From positions 1 to 64,000 of the forward strand of contig JBHLLP010000001.1 of NCBI GenBank assembly GCA_048885525.1: DNA of 64,000 nucleotides, read 5' to 3'. Positions within the stretch are counted from its first letter, which is position 1. Each line of letters starts with the position of its first letter. Below, in pieces: positions 20,046 to 29,982 of this stretch. The DNA comes from Candidatus Hermodarchaeota archaeon. Lineage in GTDB: Archaea; Asgardarchaeota; Lokiarchaeia; Sigyniarchaeales; SOKP01. The notes below the pieces were generated by a model. The model ran no database searches and had not been told where the DNA came from. It was given only the letters and a program-made list of their open reading frames with translations. A program made the position numbers and the translations under genes.

Positions 20046-21323
20046 GTGATTTTTATGGTTAAATATAAAGTAGCAGATGAAAATTTAGCTCAGCAAGGAA
20101 AAGAAGCACTTTATATTGCGGAAAGTAAAATGCCTGTCACTGCAAAGGTTATTCGTGAAAGATTTCAGAAGGAGAAACCATTAAAAGGAACAATTATTGC
20201 TGGTTGTTTACATATAACAAAAGAGACAGGTAATTTGGCTCGGACTCTTAAAGCTGGTGGGGCTGAGGTCTATTTATGTGGTAGTAATCCATTATCAACA
20301 CAAGATGACGTAGCAGCAGCATTAGTACAAGAAGGAATTAATGTTTTTGCTTGGCATGGTAATACAGACGAAGAATTCTATTGGTGTATAAAACAATGTT
20401 TAAATGTTAAACCAAATATCTTAATTGATGATGGAGCAGATATGATTGTTACTGCTCATCAAGAATATGAAAATCTAATAAATTCAGGAACTATTATTGC
20501 ATGTCAAGAAGAAACAACAACGGGAGTAAAAAGATTTAAAGCGATGGATAAACAAGGAGTCTTGAAAGTGCCGCTTTTCCCAGTTAATGATGCTCGATGT
20601 AAGAATCAGTTTGATAATGAATTGGGTACTGGTCAGGGTATAGTTTCTGCAATTTATGGAATGCATGTTCTTTTTGCAGGTAAGAACGTTGTTATCGCTG
20701 GTTATGGTCATTGCAGTTCAGGTATGGCACTCAGAGCAAGAGGTTTAGGTGCCAACGTAACTGTCACAGAAGTAGATCCAATAAAAGCATTACAAGCCAT
20801 ATTTGCTGGATTTTCAGTCAAACCGATTGAAGATACTTTAACTTATGCTGATATTATCTTAACAGCTACAGGTTGTAAGCATGTTATTCCTCCAAAGCCA
20901 GAAATATTTGAGAAATTCAAAGATGGAATTGTACTTGGAAATCTTGGTCATTTTGATATTGAAATTCCAACTAAACAACTCTATGAATATTCAAAAGTAA
21001 TCAAACCGATTCGTCAAAATGTAGAAGAACTAATTTTTCCTAGCGGTAAGAAAGTTTATCTTCTAGCTAAAGGGCGTTTAGCTAATCTTGTATTATCAGA
21101 AGGGCACCCTAGTGAAGTTATGGATATGTCTTTTGCCTTACAGTCATTAATGTCTGAATATATTGTAAATAATAAGGATTCTTTTAAGCCAGGAATTATA
21201 GAGGTTCCAGCCGAAATTGATGACAAAGTAGGTTATTTAAAACTTCAATCTATGGGTATAGAAATTGATACTTTAACTCAAGAGCAATATAACTATATTC
21301 ACGGCTACGAAGAAGGAACTTAA
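20046..21323 (+). CDS. ahcY: S-adenosylhomocysteine hydrolase
   Basis: GCLHITKET, SNPLSTQDDVAA, EETTTG, K..FDN, GHFD.EI, GRL.NL..EGHPSEVMDMSF. Confidence 0.97.
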   Translation: MIFMVKYKVADENLAQQGKEALYIAESKMPVTAKVIRERFQKEKPLKGTIIAGCLHITKETGNLARTLKAGGAEVYLCGSNPLSTQDDVAAALVQEGINVFAWHGNTDEEFYWCIKQCLNVKPNILIDDGADMIVTAHQEYENLINSGTIIACQEETTTGVKRFKAMDKQGVLKVPLFPVNDARCKNQFDNELGTGQGIVSAIYGMHVLFAGKNVVIAGYGHCSSGMALRARGLGANVTVTEVDPIKALQAIFAGFSVKPIEDTLTYADIILTATGCKHVIPPKPEIFEKFKDGIVLGNLGHFDIEIPTKQLYEYSKVIKPIRQNVEELIFPSGKKVYLLAKGRLANLVLSEGHPSEVMDMSFALQSLMSEYIVNNKDSFKPGIIEVPAEIDDKVGYLKLQSMGIEIDTLTQEQYNYIHGYEEGT

Positions 21324-21473
21324 TTTATTTTTATTTAGATTTTTTATATTCTATTACTTTTTTTCAAGTTCTTTATATAATTCCCTTAATTTGTCTAAGT
21401 ACATAAATTTAAATTAACTTTTGTTCAATTATCATAATTACAAATAATAAAACCTTGTTCAAATAATAATTAA

Positions 21474-21986
21474 GTGTTAAATATGAAGGAAAATATAGAA
21501 TTAAATTCAAGAGAGTTACTAGAATTGATGAGATATGCTTTTCTCAGGTTGGATGGTGCATGGTTCATGGTTTCGGTAGAAAAACTCGGTTTGGAGACTG
21601 CGACAGATTTAGATGTAAAAGCATGGGAGATATTTTCTGAAAGGTTGGGAAAGAAAATCGCTTCAATAACAAATTTGAAAGGTAATTTCTCTCAAACATT
21701 GCCAAAAATAATGAAAATTCAACATACGCTTATGAATATGAATTCAGAAATCGAGGTTATTAATGAGAGCAAAATGATTCACAGAGTTTTAGAATGTGAA
21801 GTTTGGAAAATGGTCCAGAAAGTATGGACTCAGGATGCAATTCCTTGTCATAAGGTTACTCTAGCAAGTATTAGAGGTTTGCTAAAGGGAGCTTTTCCAG
21901 AAAAAGAGTTTATTTTAAAACATAAGAAGAAAATCCCTTTGGGAGATCCTTGCTGTGAGATTGAAATTTCTTTTAAAAATTCATAA
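21474..21986 (+). CDS. DUF6125/V4R-like small ligand-binding protein
   Basis: F.RLDGAWF..VE..G.E.A..D..AW; Cys pattern ending in GDPCCE. Confidence 0.55.
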   Translation: MLNMKENIELNSRELLELMRYAFLRLDGAWFMVSVEKLGLETATDLDVKAWEIFSERLGKKIASITNLKGNFSQTLPKIMKIQHTLMNMNSEIEVINESKMIHRVLECEVWKMVQKVWTQDAIPCHKVTLASIRGLLKGAFPEKEFILKHKKKIPLGDPCCEIEISFKNS

Positions 21987-22174
21987 AAATCTTTTATTTT
22001 TCAACATTCTTCTTTGCAATTTCTAATTGATTTACTAATCTTTTCCTTTTATTTTCCAAGTCTTCCTTGAGCTTCTTCTTCGCCTCTACTTTTTAAAGAA
22101 TCCTCACTAGGTTTTAGCAAATAATAACTTAACTTAAATATAAAAATTAGGTTTTTATTACATTTTTTTAAAAT

Positions 22175-23200
22175 CTATGCTTTAGGATTTAAAATATCAT
22201 CCACAGTCACATTGACACCATAAACTTCATAAGCAAGAGCTCTCAAACCATCTAATCCGATAGGCTCCTGTCTCAGTTTTTCTGATTCCCAAATTTTTAG
22301 TTTTTTAAATTCTCTTGTAATTTCTTTAGTATATTTTAGTTGCTGTGATCTAAGCTTAGTACAGAAATCACAATTTTCAGGTTCTGGTATAATCATATTA
22401 ATATGAATTCCATCTAATTTAATATATCGACTTGTTAAGTCTCTAGCTCTTTTGATTTCTTCAAAACTTGGCTTTTCCGCTATAGTTACAAGTCTAAGTG
22501 AGCCGATATCATGAATCAGATCTGAAATTCGTTCTCCACGCTTTTCAAGTTCAACAATCATATTGAAAATTTCTTTTCCTAATTCTCTTCTTTCTTCATA
22601 GTTATCAAAAGGTTTAACAATTTGCCTCCACATTTTTGAAACACTTCGTATTGCGCCCTTGATAGAATTATAAAAATTTAAGGAGTATTTTAGTACTACT
22701 TTTACCTGATCTTCAGGTATTTCAAAAAGTGTAATCATATTTGCTGTTGGAGGGAAATCTGCAACTATAATATCAAATTGAATATCTTGAGTATTCACAT
22801 CTTCTGCATCCAATATTTTTTGAAAGAACATCGCATTTTTTAGTGCTAATGGAATAGAATCAGAAGTAAATGTTGTATCTATAAATTTTTCGATTTGGGG
22901 AATTCTACCTACAAGAGGCATTTGTTTCATAAGGGTTTTCATTTTCTCTATTAAATCTTTAGTGTACTTCTTAGCATAACTATCAGCATCTGGTTCAATT
23001 CCCCAAAGATTTTTTGTCAACGGAGATAACTTATTTCCGATCTGCACTTTAAATAAATCACTAAGATTATGAGCCATGTCAAATGAAATAAGAAGAACTT
23101 TTTTATCGGGAAGCAAATCTGAAATTAATAATGCTGTAGCAGCACTGATAGAACTTTTCCCTACACCACCCTTTCCCCCCAGAACTATAATTTTTTCCAT
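22175..23200 (-). CDS. ArsA/GET3 (TRC40)-family ATPase
   Basis: GKGGVGKS, SFDMAHNLSD, C-terminal CDFC and EPIGLDGL. Confidence 0.85.
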   Translation of the reverse strand: MEKIIVLGGKGGVGKSSISAATALLISDLLPDKKVLLISFDMAHNLSDLFKVQIGNKLSPLTKNLWGIEPDADSYAKKYTKDLIEKMKTLMKQMPLVGRIPQIEKFIDTTFTSDSIPLALKNAMFFQKILDAEDVNTQDIQFDIIVADFPPTANMITLFEIPEDQVKVVLKYSLNFYNSIKGAIRSVSKMWRQIVKPFDNYEERRELGKEIFNMIVELEKRGERISDLIHDIGSLRLVTIAEKPSFEEIKRARDLTSRYIKLDGIHINMIIPEPENCDFCTKLRSQQLKYTKEITREFKKLKIWESEKLRQEPIGLDGLRALAYEVYGVNVTVDDILNPKA

Positions 23201-23359
23201 GATTCGAATCTATTATGTGAAATCTGATTTATTATATCAAAAACCAAAATCAAATAAAAAACTACCCAAATCACATAGATTTTGATGTCAGCATTTTTTT
23301 ATTATGAATTAACAAAAAATATATATCTTGGACGATTTTATCAGTATATAATATTTAAA

Positions 23360-23532
23360 ATTATCAATATTATTAAATAAATTCTTAATTAAATTAATCA
23401 ATCATATCAATACGTTATAAATTTTAATCAAATGAGTAATATCTTATAACATTATTATCAATTAAATTATATTATCAAAGTATTAAATCAAATAAACAAT
23501 TAATTAACAATATTATCAATTCAATAAATCAA
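23360..23532 (+). repeat. Array of same-orientation ATCAA motifs in an AT-rich intergenic region
   Basis: ATCAA at 23363, 23397, 23406, 23427, 23457, 23474, 23487, 23515, 23528. Confidence 0.55.
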
Positions 23533-23754
23533 AATTATTGTTCAGACTTATAATAGAATATAAGAAGTAGGGTTAATATTCAAGCTTATAAAAAATTCAT
23601 AAGATTTTATTAAAAGGCAAAAAATTCAAAATTTAATTTAGAAATAAGTAATTTCATATTGTTTCCAAATTATTACACTAGATTCTACTTCTATTTTATA
23701 AGTATACCTTTAGTTTTGATTTATTGAATGTTTAAATAAATCAGAAAATAGGAA

Positions 23755-24930
23755 GTGAAAAAAATTACAAATCAATCAGAATTTACTACAAAATATATTA
23801 TCGAAGTCAAATTTATAATTAAAGGCGTAGTTGAGAAATCTGATATCGTTGGAGCAATTTTTGGACAAACTGAAGGTCTTCTTTTAGATCTTGATTTAAG
23901 AGATTTACAGAAATCAGGGAGAATAGGTAGAATTGAGGTTGAAAATGAATCAAAAGAAGGAATTTCCGAAGGGATCATAATTATTCCATCTTCATTAACT
24001 AGAAAAGAAACTGCATTATTAGCGGCAACTGTTGAAACTGTTTCTCGTGTGGGCCCATGCGAAGCAGAAATTTCCCTTATTGAAATTCGGGATGTTCGTG
24101 AAACAAAACGACAACAAATAATAGAAAGAGCAGCAGAACTTTTAAAAGAATGGGATCAAAAATCTCTTGAACAAAGTGAAATAGAAGAACAAATTGATAC
24201 AGACATTAAACTTGGAGAAATTATTTCATGGGGTCCAGAAAATCTTCCCGCAGGTCCAGAAGTGGATAATGATCCAGAATTAATTGTTGTAGAAGGTCGA
24301 GCTGATGTTCTAAATCTATTAAGAATTGGAGTTAAAAATACGATTGCTGTACAAGGAACTCAAGTTCCAAAATCGGTAATAAAATTAACTAAACAAAAAA
24401 AATCAGTAACTGCTTTCGTGGATGGAGATCGTGGTGGAACGATTATTCTTAATGAACTCTTACAAGTTGCTAAAATTGATCATGTAGCTAGAGCTCCTGA
24501 TGGATCAGAAGTGGAAGAATTAACAAGGAAACAGATGATAAAAGCCTTACAAAATAAAAAACCTTCTAAAGATTTTAAAGAAAATGATTCAATCGAAAAA
24601 AAATCTACTGAATTGGAAAGAAACCTTCAGAAAATTCTAAGGAAACTTAAAATTAAAGATGAAAATATTATAATCAAAGCTATTAAAGATGTAAAAGCGG
24701 GATTTGCTATTGGATTCAATAAAAGTCTCGAAAAATTATTTGATATGCCTGTAGGTGATATTTTTGAAAAAATCAGAGCCTTTAAAGATACTCAGTATTT
24801 AATTATTGATGGTATTTTGTCAAAAAGGCTTCTTTCTCTCTCAATAAATATGAAAATTAAATTCATAGCTTCTAAAAATAAAGAAGAAGATCTAAAAATA
24901 CCGGATCATCTGTTAGTATGGTTTTATTAA
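23755..24930 (+). CDS. dnaG: Archaeal DnaG-like primase / exosome-associated protein
   Basis: GVVEKSDIVGAIFGQTEGLL, GRIGRI, TOPRIM VVEGRADV..FVDGDRGG. Confidence 0.95.
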   Translation: MKKITNQSEFTTKYIIEVKFIIKGVVEKSDIVGAIFGQTEGLLLDLDLRDLQKSGRIGRIEVENESKEGISEGIIIIPSSLTRKETALLAATVETVSRVGPCEAEISLIEIRDVRETKRQQIIERAAELLKEWDQKSLEQSEIEEQIDTDIKLGEIISWGPENLPAGPEVDNDPELIVVEGRADVLNLLRIGVKNTIAVQGTQVPKSVIKLTKQKKSVTAFVDGDRGGTIILNELLQVAKIDHVARAPDGSEVEELTRKQMIKALQNKKPSKDFKENDSIEKKSTELERNLQKILRKLKIKDENIIIKAIKDVKAGFAIGFNKSLEKLFDMPVGDIFEKIRAFKDTQYLIIDGILSKRLLSLSINMKIKFIASKNKEEDLKIPDHLLVWFY

Positions 24931-24953
24931 AAAATAACCTAACTTATGATGAA

Positions 24954-25190
24954 TCATCCAAGAGGTATAATAGCAAATATTAACTGTATTATATATGAAA
25001 GAACCCCTAAAATCACAATCCCTATCGCACATATCTTAAAAACTAATAAATAATCTTTTCTTTTTGGTTTACTAGCGACTTTTATTATCCTTTTTGAATT
25101 TTGGAAAAAATTAATAAATCTTTCGTAGTATCCTGGCTTTTTCTGTTTTTCACTTTTGCTATATTTTTCATACTTTGGGTATTGAGACAC
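24954..25190 (-). CDS. secE: Protein translocase SecE/Sec61-gamma
   Basis: RIIKVASKPKRKDY..GIVILGVLSYII C-terminal TM helix. Confidence 0.88.
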   Translation of the reverse strand: MSQYPKYEKYSKSEKQKKPGYYERFINFFQNSKRIIKVASKPKRKDYLLVFKICAIGIVILGVLSYIIQLIFAIIPLG

Positions 25191-25251
25191 ATTATGATAA
25201 AAGTACTGTTAGATAAAAAGTTATCTGTTAAGACTTTCAGATATCGCTAAA

Positions 25252-26142
25252 TCAAGAAATGTCAAGTATATTTGATACAAATAAATCTCGATCAAATTGT
25301 ATTAAGTCATTATAACCCTGCCCAACTCCGCAAAATATTATAGGTTTCTTCGTCTCAAAGGAAATTGATAAAGCAGCACCCCCTTTTGCGTCAGCATCTA
25401 GTTTTGTTAAAATATTAGCATCAATTCCAACATTTTTTTTAAACTCCTTTGCTTGAAATAATGCGTCGTTTCCAGCTAGACTGTCTCCTATAAATAGAAT
25501 AAGGTCAGGTTGAGCAATTCTACATATTTTTTGTATTTCTATCATCAAATTTTTATCTGTAACTTGTCTTCCAGCTGTATCAACTAAAACAACATCAACC
25601 TTTTTTGCTTTAGCGTGTTCGATGGCGTCATAAGCAACAGAGGCAGGATCAGATTTATATTCATGCTTTATCACCCTTATTCCTACTTTATCCATATGGT
25701 AAGTTAACTGTTCAATTGCTGCTGCTCTAAACGTGTCGGCAGCGGCTGCTACAACTGAAAATCCATTTTTTTTTAAAAAATGAGCAATTTTAGCCATAGT
25801 AGTAGTTTTTCCTGTTCCATTTACTCCAAGAAATACGATTACATAAGGTTGAGCTTTTTTTTTAATTTCTTCAAGCAAGTCAATTTCTTCTTCAGGTGTT
25901 AAGATATCTGTTATAGTTTCCCTTAAAGTTTGGAATAAAGCTTTCTGGGTTGATGTTAACCGACTTATTTGTTCTCCTTTAAAAGATTCAATTATTTTCC
26001 TACAGATCTCATCAGCAGTTTCAATAGCTACATCATTACTTAAAAGAAGTAATCTTAGATCATTAATTGATTCATCTAACTTTTTTTCTGTTAATGTTTT
26101 TTTAACAAAAGATGAAAATGCGTTTCTTAATTTATCGAGCAT
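25252..26142 (-). CDS. ftsY: SRP receptor FtsY
   Basis: GVNGTGKTTT, DTFRAAAIEQL, DTAGR, TKLDADAKGG, GVGQ.Y.DL. Confidence 0.96.
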   Translation of the reverse strand: MLDKLRNAFSSFVKKTLTEKKLDESINDLRLLLLSNDVAIETADEICRKIIESFKGEQISRLTSTQKALFQTLRETITDILTPEEEIDLLEEIKKKAQPYVIVFLGVNGTGKTTTMAKIAHFLKKNGFSVVAAAADTFRAAAIEQLTYHMDKVGIRVIKHEYKSDPASVAYDAIEHAKAKKVDVVLVDTAGRQVTDKNLMIEIQKICRIAQPDLILFIGDSLAGNDALFQAKEFKKNVGIDANILTKLDADAKGGAALSISFETKKPIIFCGVGQGYNDLIQFDRDLFVSNILDIS

Positions 26143-26206
26143 TTATTTCTCCATAAGTATGTAAGACATATTTTACTATAATGAGTTTAATAAAAAAAGT
26201 CTGTGA

Positions 26207-26617
26207 TTATGTATAACTTCTCTGAATATTTTGAGAAATTTCTTGGAGGTTAATATCAATATTTTGTATTTGCGTTCTTAAGAATTGAATTTGTTTATTA
26301 TGTTGCTCAACTAATTTATCAAGAAAATCAATAGTTCCATCTAAATCCTTCTCAATTATAACATCTTGAGTAATAGCTAATAAAACCTTTTTTGTTTCCT
26401 TAATTGATGCTTTTATATTTATGAGACCCCCAATTGGAACTAAAATTTCGTCATTTTGATTTACCCCTTCCTTTATATTTTCTACGGTAGTTTTTGTATT
26501 TATAATATTTCCTAAAGACGCATTTACGATTTCTAACTGTCCTTCGAACATATCTCGCTGTTCCTTTAAATATCTAAATTTTATTAATTGCTCTTGATAT
26601 TCTTGAGAGGCTTCCAT
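26207..26617 (-). CDS. pfdA: Prefoldin alpha subunit
   Basis: Coiled coil-EILVPIGG-coiled coil; operon position. Confidence 0.88.
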   Translation of the reverse strand: MEASQEYQEQLIKFRYLKEQRDMFEGQLEIVNASLGNIINTKTTVENIKEGVNQNDEILVPIGGLINIKASIKETKKVLLAITQDVIIEKDLDGTIDFLDKLVEQHNKQIQFLRTQIQNIDINLQEISQNIQRSYT

Positions 26618-26646
26618 TTTTTTTCAATTCTTTAATAGTCTATTTA

Positions 26647-26898
26647 TTATTCTGATAATTCTCGTATAAGGTAATCTTGAGATTCTTCTAGAGATATTTC
26701 TTTCACTTCTTGAATAGAAATTTGACGTCTTAATATCCCTATTGAAGTAATTTGACTTAATAATTTTTCAAGAGCGTCTTTTTCTTTCAAGGCACGAATT
26801 TCTTTTCTAAATAAATATTTTTTATGATCTTTTTTGTAGTTACCAATAACTCTGAAAATTTTAATCTCTGACATGAGTAATATAAAACGCTGTTTCAA
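26647..26898 (-). CDS. rpl18a: 50S ribosomal protein L18Ae/LX (eL20)
   Basis: KIFRVIG..FRKEIRA..DALEK..RRQISI.EVKEI; likely start at MSEIK (26874). Confidence 0.85.
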   Translation of the reverse strand: MKQRFILLMSEIKIFRVIGNYKKDHKKYLFRKEIRALKEKDALEKLLSQITSIGILRRQISIQEVKEISLEESQDYLIRELSE

Positions 26899-27023
26899 AA
26901 CGGTTAAAAAAGGATAGTATTTCTAAAAATATTAAATTTTGTATTTTAGTTCATGTGGGATTTTAAAGCATATTAGAATTAAATATCAATTTACAAGATT
27001 TTTTTGATTATATAACTAACACT

Positions 27024-27692
27024 CTATAAATGTAATACACTTGTAATCCTCATTAATTCTGGACCTGTGCAATCATTTCCAAAAATCCCACTTTTATCAT
27101 TGACTATTGCCCCTGAGCTTAAATAGGGTATACCACGATTTACTGTTGAAACATCAACCTCTTCAACTTTTAGGATGGAAGTAATATACTCAATTTCATT
27201 ATCGGTTGATAATGGATGAACTAAACAACCACTATTATTAGCTAGTGAGATAGAACCGGGAAGATAATAATCTGCAAACTCAAAAACAACAGTCTCGACA
27301 TTCAAAATATCTTCAATCTCAGTCTTGTACTTTTCTAAGAAGGAGCTGATTATTGCACCTCTATCATTACATAAGATTAAATTTCCAAAGGCATTATCAA
27401 TTGATTTTAAGACTCCAATTTGACTTGATTCATTCACAAATGATTTTAAATTATTAAGTTCGTCTTCTCTTATTATATGAGGTACTATGATACCATATTT
27501 ATTTGAAGCTATATACACTCCTAATAAATTAGAATTGTTTATCGTAAGGGGATAAAATGGTTCCTCAAAAACAGTCTTGAATTTTTTAAGAAACGGTTTT
27601 AATAAGGTTGGAGGATAAAGGATATAAGAATTATTGGCGACTAAGTAAACTCCAATTAAATTCCTACCAAAAATTTGACTCCTAATAATCAT
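27024..27692 (-). CDS. eif6: Translation initiation factor 6 (aIF6)
   Basis: IGVY..AN, GN.ILCND.GA, LVHP, TVNRG.PY..GAIVND.G..T.G.EL.RI. Confidence 0.93.
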   Translation of the reverse strand: MIIRSQIFGRNLIGVYLVANNSYILYPPTLLKPFLKKFKTVFEEPFYPLTINNSNLLGVYIASNKYGIIVPHIIREDELNNLKSFVNESSQIGVLKSIDNAFGNLILCNDRGAIISSFLEKYKTEIEDILNVETVVFEFADYYLPGSISLANNSGCLVHPLSTDNEIEYITSILKVEEVDVSTVNRGIPYLSSGAIVNDKSGIFGNDCTGPELMRITSVLHL

Positions 27693-27746
27693 AAATGTTC
27701 TAAAAAGAGCGTTTTTTATTAAAAATCTTTTTTAATTTATTAAATC

Positions 27747-28193
27747 TTAACCTAAATAGACAACTACTAAACCGTCAATATTTTTTGTTGCCCTTACTTT
27801 CAATTTTCGTGGTGGTTTCTGTATACCACGTTGCCAGATACGCTCGTTAACTTCTTGCGTAATTACTAAAGTTTCTGGTTTAAAATGGCGTGTCATATAA
27901 TCTCTCAGATATCTAACTGCTTTCTTTGCACGTTTATTTCTGGGACCTTTTCTAGCATTTACGAGTGGAACTACATAAATCCTTTCATCAATAATTTCTT
28001 CTTTCGGTGCTTCTACTTCTTCTACTTCTTCTCCTTCTTCAATCTCTTCTTCAAAAATCTCACTAATTTCTTCTTCTTCAGAAATCTCATCTAGACTAAA
28101 TTCTTCAATCTCTTCGATTTCTTCTTCAACTTCAGAATCTGCTAACTCTTCTTCTAAATCATCTAATTTAATTTCTTTCTCTTTCTTTGTCAT
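27747..28193 (-). CDS. rpl31e: 50S ribosomal protein L31e with acidic N-terminal extension
   Basis: ERIYVVPL..RAKKAV..VNERIWQRGIQKPPRKLKV. Confidence 0.93.
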   Translation of the reverse strand: MTKKEKEIKLDDLEEELADSEVEEEIEEIEEFSLDEISEEEEISEIFEEEIEEGEEVEEVEAPKEEIIDERIYVVPLVNARKGPRNKRAKKAVRYLRDYMTRHFKPETLVITQEVNERIWQRGIQKPPRKLKVRATKNIDGLVVVYLG

Positions 28194-28221
28194 TTTATAT
28201 CAATTTAATAATTATTGATAA

Positions 28222-28383
28222 TCAATCTCGTTTAAGTCTTGCATTCCTCCATGTTCTTCTTGAATAAGGACTAGTCCTCACTCTACGATTTGTTTTTATA
28301 GTAATCCAACTGGGAATTGTTTGACTTTGTTTGTATTTTTTACTTCTTCGCAATTTTGAAGGTAAGTCCTTATTTCTAGCCAT
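28222..28383 (-). CDS. rpl39e: 50S ribosomal protein L39e (missed by ORF track)
   Basis: MARNKDLPSKLRRSKKYKQSQTIPSWITIKTNRRVRTSPYSRRTWRNARLKRD. Confidence 0.93.
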   Translation of the reverse strand: MARNKDLPSKLRRSKKYKQSQTIPSWITIKTNRRVRTSPYSRRTWRNARLKRD

Positions 28384-28420
28384 AATCTTCTATCCAATTA
28401 TATTTTGTTAAAATTAAACA

Positions 28421-28774
28421 TTATTTTTTGATCTTAAACTCTTTTTTCCTATCCATAGATGAGATTTGTGCTAATAACTTTTTAAATGCATTGTCAGGTA
28501 ATGGTGTTGCTCCTCTTAATTGTCCCGATTGAAATAATTGAATTAACTGAAGCTCAATTTGTTCAGCAAATTCTGGTTTAACCATTCGAATATTTTCTAA
28601 TCGTTGCCTTCCTTCTTGGCTTAGAATCTTTCTCATCAGTAGATATTTTTTATTCTCAAACTCTTTTTGTTGAGCTTCTGCTATTTGTTGCTGTGCTGCT
28701 TGCTTTCTTAATTCTTGTAGCTTTCTTTTCCTAAGGTTCTCCAATTCTTCCTCGTTATCCAATTTTAATCCCAA
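28421..28774 (-). CDS. PDCD5/TFAR19 family DNA-binding protein
   Basis: ELENLRKRKLQEL..ILS.EGRQRL.NI.MVKPEFA..E.QLIQL. Confidence 0.9.
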   Translation of the reverse strand: MGLKLDNEEELENLRKRKLQELRKQAAQQQIAEAQQKEFENKKYLLMRKILSQEGRQRLENIRMVKPEFAEQIELQLIQLFQSGQLRGATPLPDNAFKKLLAQISSMDRKKEFKIKK

Positions 28775-28793
28775 AATCCAAGAAATTTTCGTT

Positions 28794-29213
28794 TTAATGT
28801 CTTAAAATCTTATGTGCCGTTCTTTCTAATAAACTTGTTCCTTCATCAGAAACAACCCTTCCTTCTTTTTCCATCTTGTTAATTAAGTTAGCATCCTCGA
28901 GTTGTTGTAGTGCTACTCTTATAATTTTACCACTTCCTTTTGCAGAGTGATTCAACCCTGGTCCTTTTCGATTTCTTCCACCATAGAATTTTCTAAGTTT
29001 ATTTACACCTATAGGCCCATATTTCTTTACTTTTCTAAGAAGTGAAGCACATCTAATATACCAGAATTTTTCAGAGTCTAGAGGTGCTAATTCTTTAAAA
29101 TATGCGGTTTTCCAAAATTCTAAACCTTCAGGAGGTAAAACTTCAGGATACTCTTTTAACTTTTCTGCTATGGCTTCAATAAGTTTTTCCGGTTGAACGA
29201 CAAATATAGACAT
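28794..29213 (-). CDS. rps19e: 30S ribosomal protein S19e
   Basis: KTA..KELAP..WYIRCASLLRK..GV..LR..YGG..GSGKIIR..LQQLE. Confidence 0.95.
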   Translation of the reverse strand: MSIFVVQPEKLIEAIAEKLKEYPEVLPPEGLEFWKTAYFKELAPLDSEKFWYIRCASLLRKVKKYGPIGVNKLRKFYGGRNRKGPGLNHSAKGSGKIIRVALQQLEDANLINKMEKEGRVVSDEGTSLLERTAHKILRH

Positions 29214-29293
29214 ATTATTCTTTAATTCTAAATTTCTTTATTAAATATAATACGTTTAAAAAGTTAGAATAAATTAAAAATTTTTCGTATTTT

Positions 29294-29581
29294 TTGAGTT
29301 CTATAACGATGGATTATCAAAGAGAGTTTAAAAAAACTTTATTATCACAACCACATTGCATTTTAGGTAAAAATGGAATAACTAATGAGTTTATTATTCA
29401 TGTCCTTCAATTATTAAAAAGAAATAAAATCATAAAAATTAAAGCATTGCGATCTGTTGCGACTAAAGCTAATATTAATAATTTAGCTGTTAAAATCTCG
29501 AAATTAACTAATTCTCATCTACTAGATGTCAGGGGAAAAATCATTATACTCACTAAATATGATATTAAAAAATTCAATTAA
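29294..29581 (+). CDS. YhbY/CRM-domain RNA-binding protein
   Basis: LGKNGIT..L....IIKIK..DVRGK. Confidence 0.8.
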   Translation: MSSITMDYQREFKKTLLSQPHCILGKNGITNEFIIHVLQLLKRNKIIKIKALRSVATKANINNLAVKISKLTNSHLLDVRGKIIILTKYDIKKFN

Positions 29582-29948
29582 TAGTAGCTTCAAGAAAATT
29601 GAAATGACAAAACGTAATAAAAATCCTAGATACATTATAAAAAAGATTGCAAATTCCCGCATGCTTTATTTATTTCAAAAAGCACATGATATTTTTCCTG
29701 AAAACAAGACTTTAGCTAATCGATATACTTATTTAGCAAGAAGATATGCTCAAAGAGCTAAGATAAAAATCCCCTTTGAGTGGAAAAAACGTATATGTCA
29801 TAAGTGTAAAAATTTTTTATACCCTGGTTTGAATTGCAGAATTAGAATACACTCACAGAAAGGAAAAGGCTCTCATATCTCTTTGACTTGTTTTGAGTGT
29901 AATAAAATTACAAGATATTTTATTAAATTAAAAAATAAAAAAAATTAA
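29526..29948 (+). CDS. rnp4: RNase P protein component 4 (Rpp21)
   Basis: IA..RM..LF..A..LANRY..LARR, KKRICHKC..L.PG.N..R..TCFEC..R; likely start 29604. Confidence 0.9.
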   Translation: MSGEKSLYSLNMILKNSINSSFKKIEMTKRNKNPRYIIKKIANSRMLYLFQKAHDIFPENKTLANRYTYLARRYAQRAKIKIPFEWKKRICHKCKNFLYPGLNCRIRIHSQKGKGSHISLTCFECNKITRYFIKLKNKKN

Positions 29949-29982
29949 TTAGGTTGTCTTAATTAAAAATAGGAAATAAATT

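Noticed and set aside
21983-22095. Coding-like minus-strand fragment KVEAKKKLKEDLENKRKRLVNQLEIAKRMLK
   Set aside because: Preceded by an in-frame stop with no plausible start; at most a gene remnant
23330-23540. CRISPR array
   Set aside because: Repeats are only 5-8 bp; no 25-40-bp direct repeats with spacers and no cas genes
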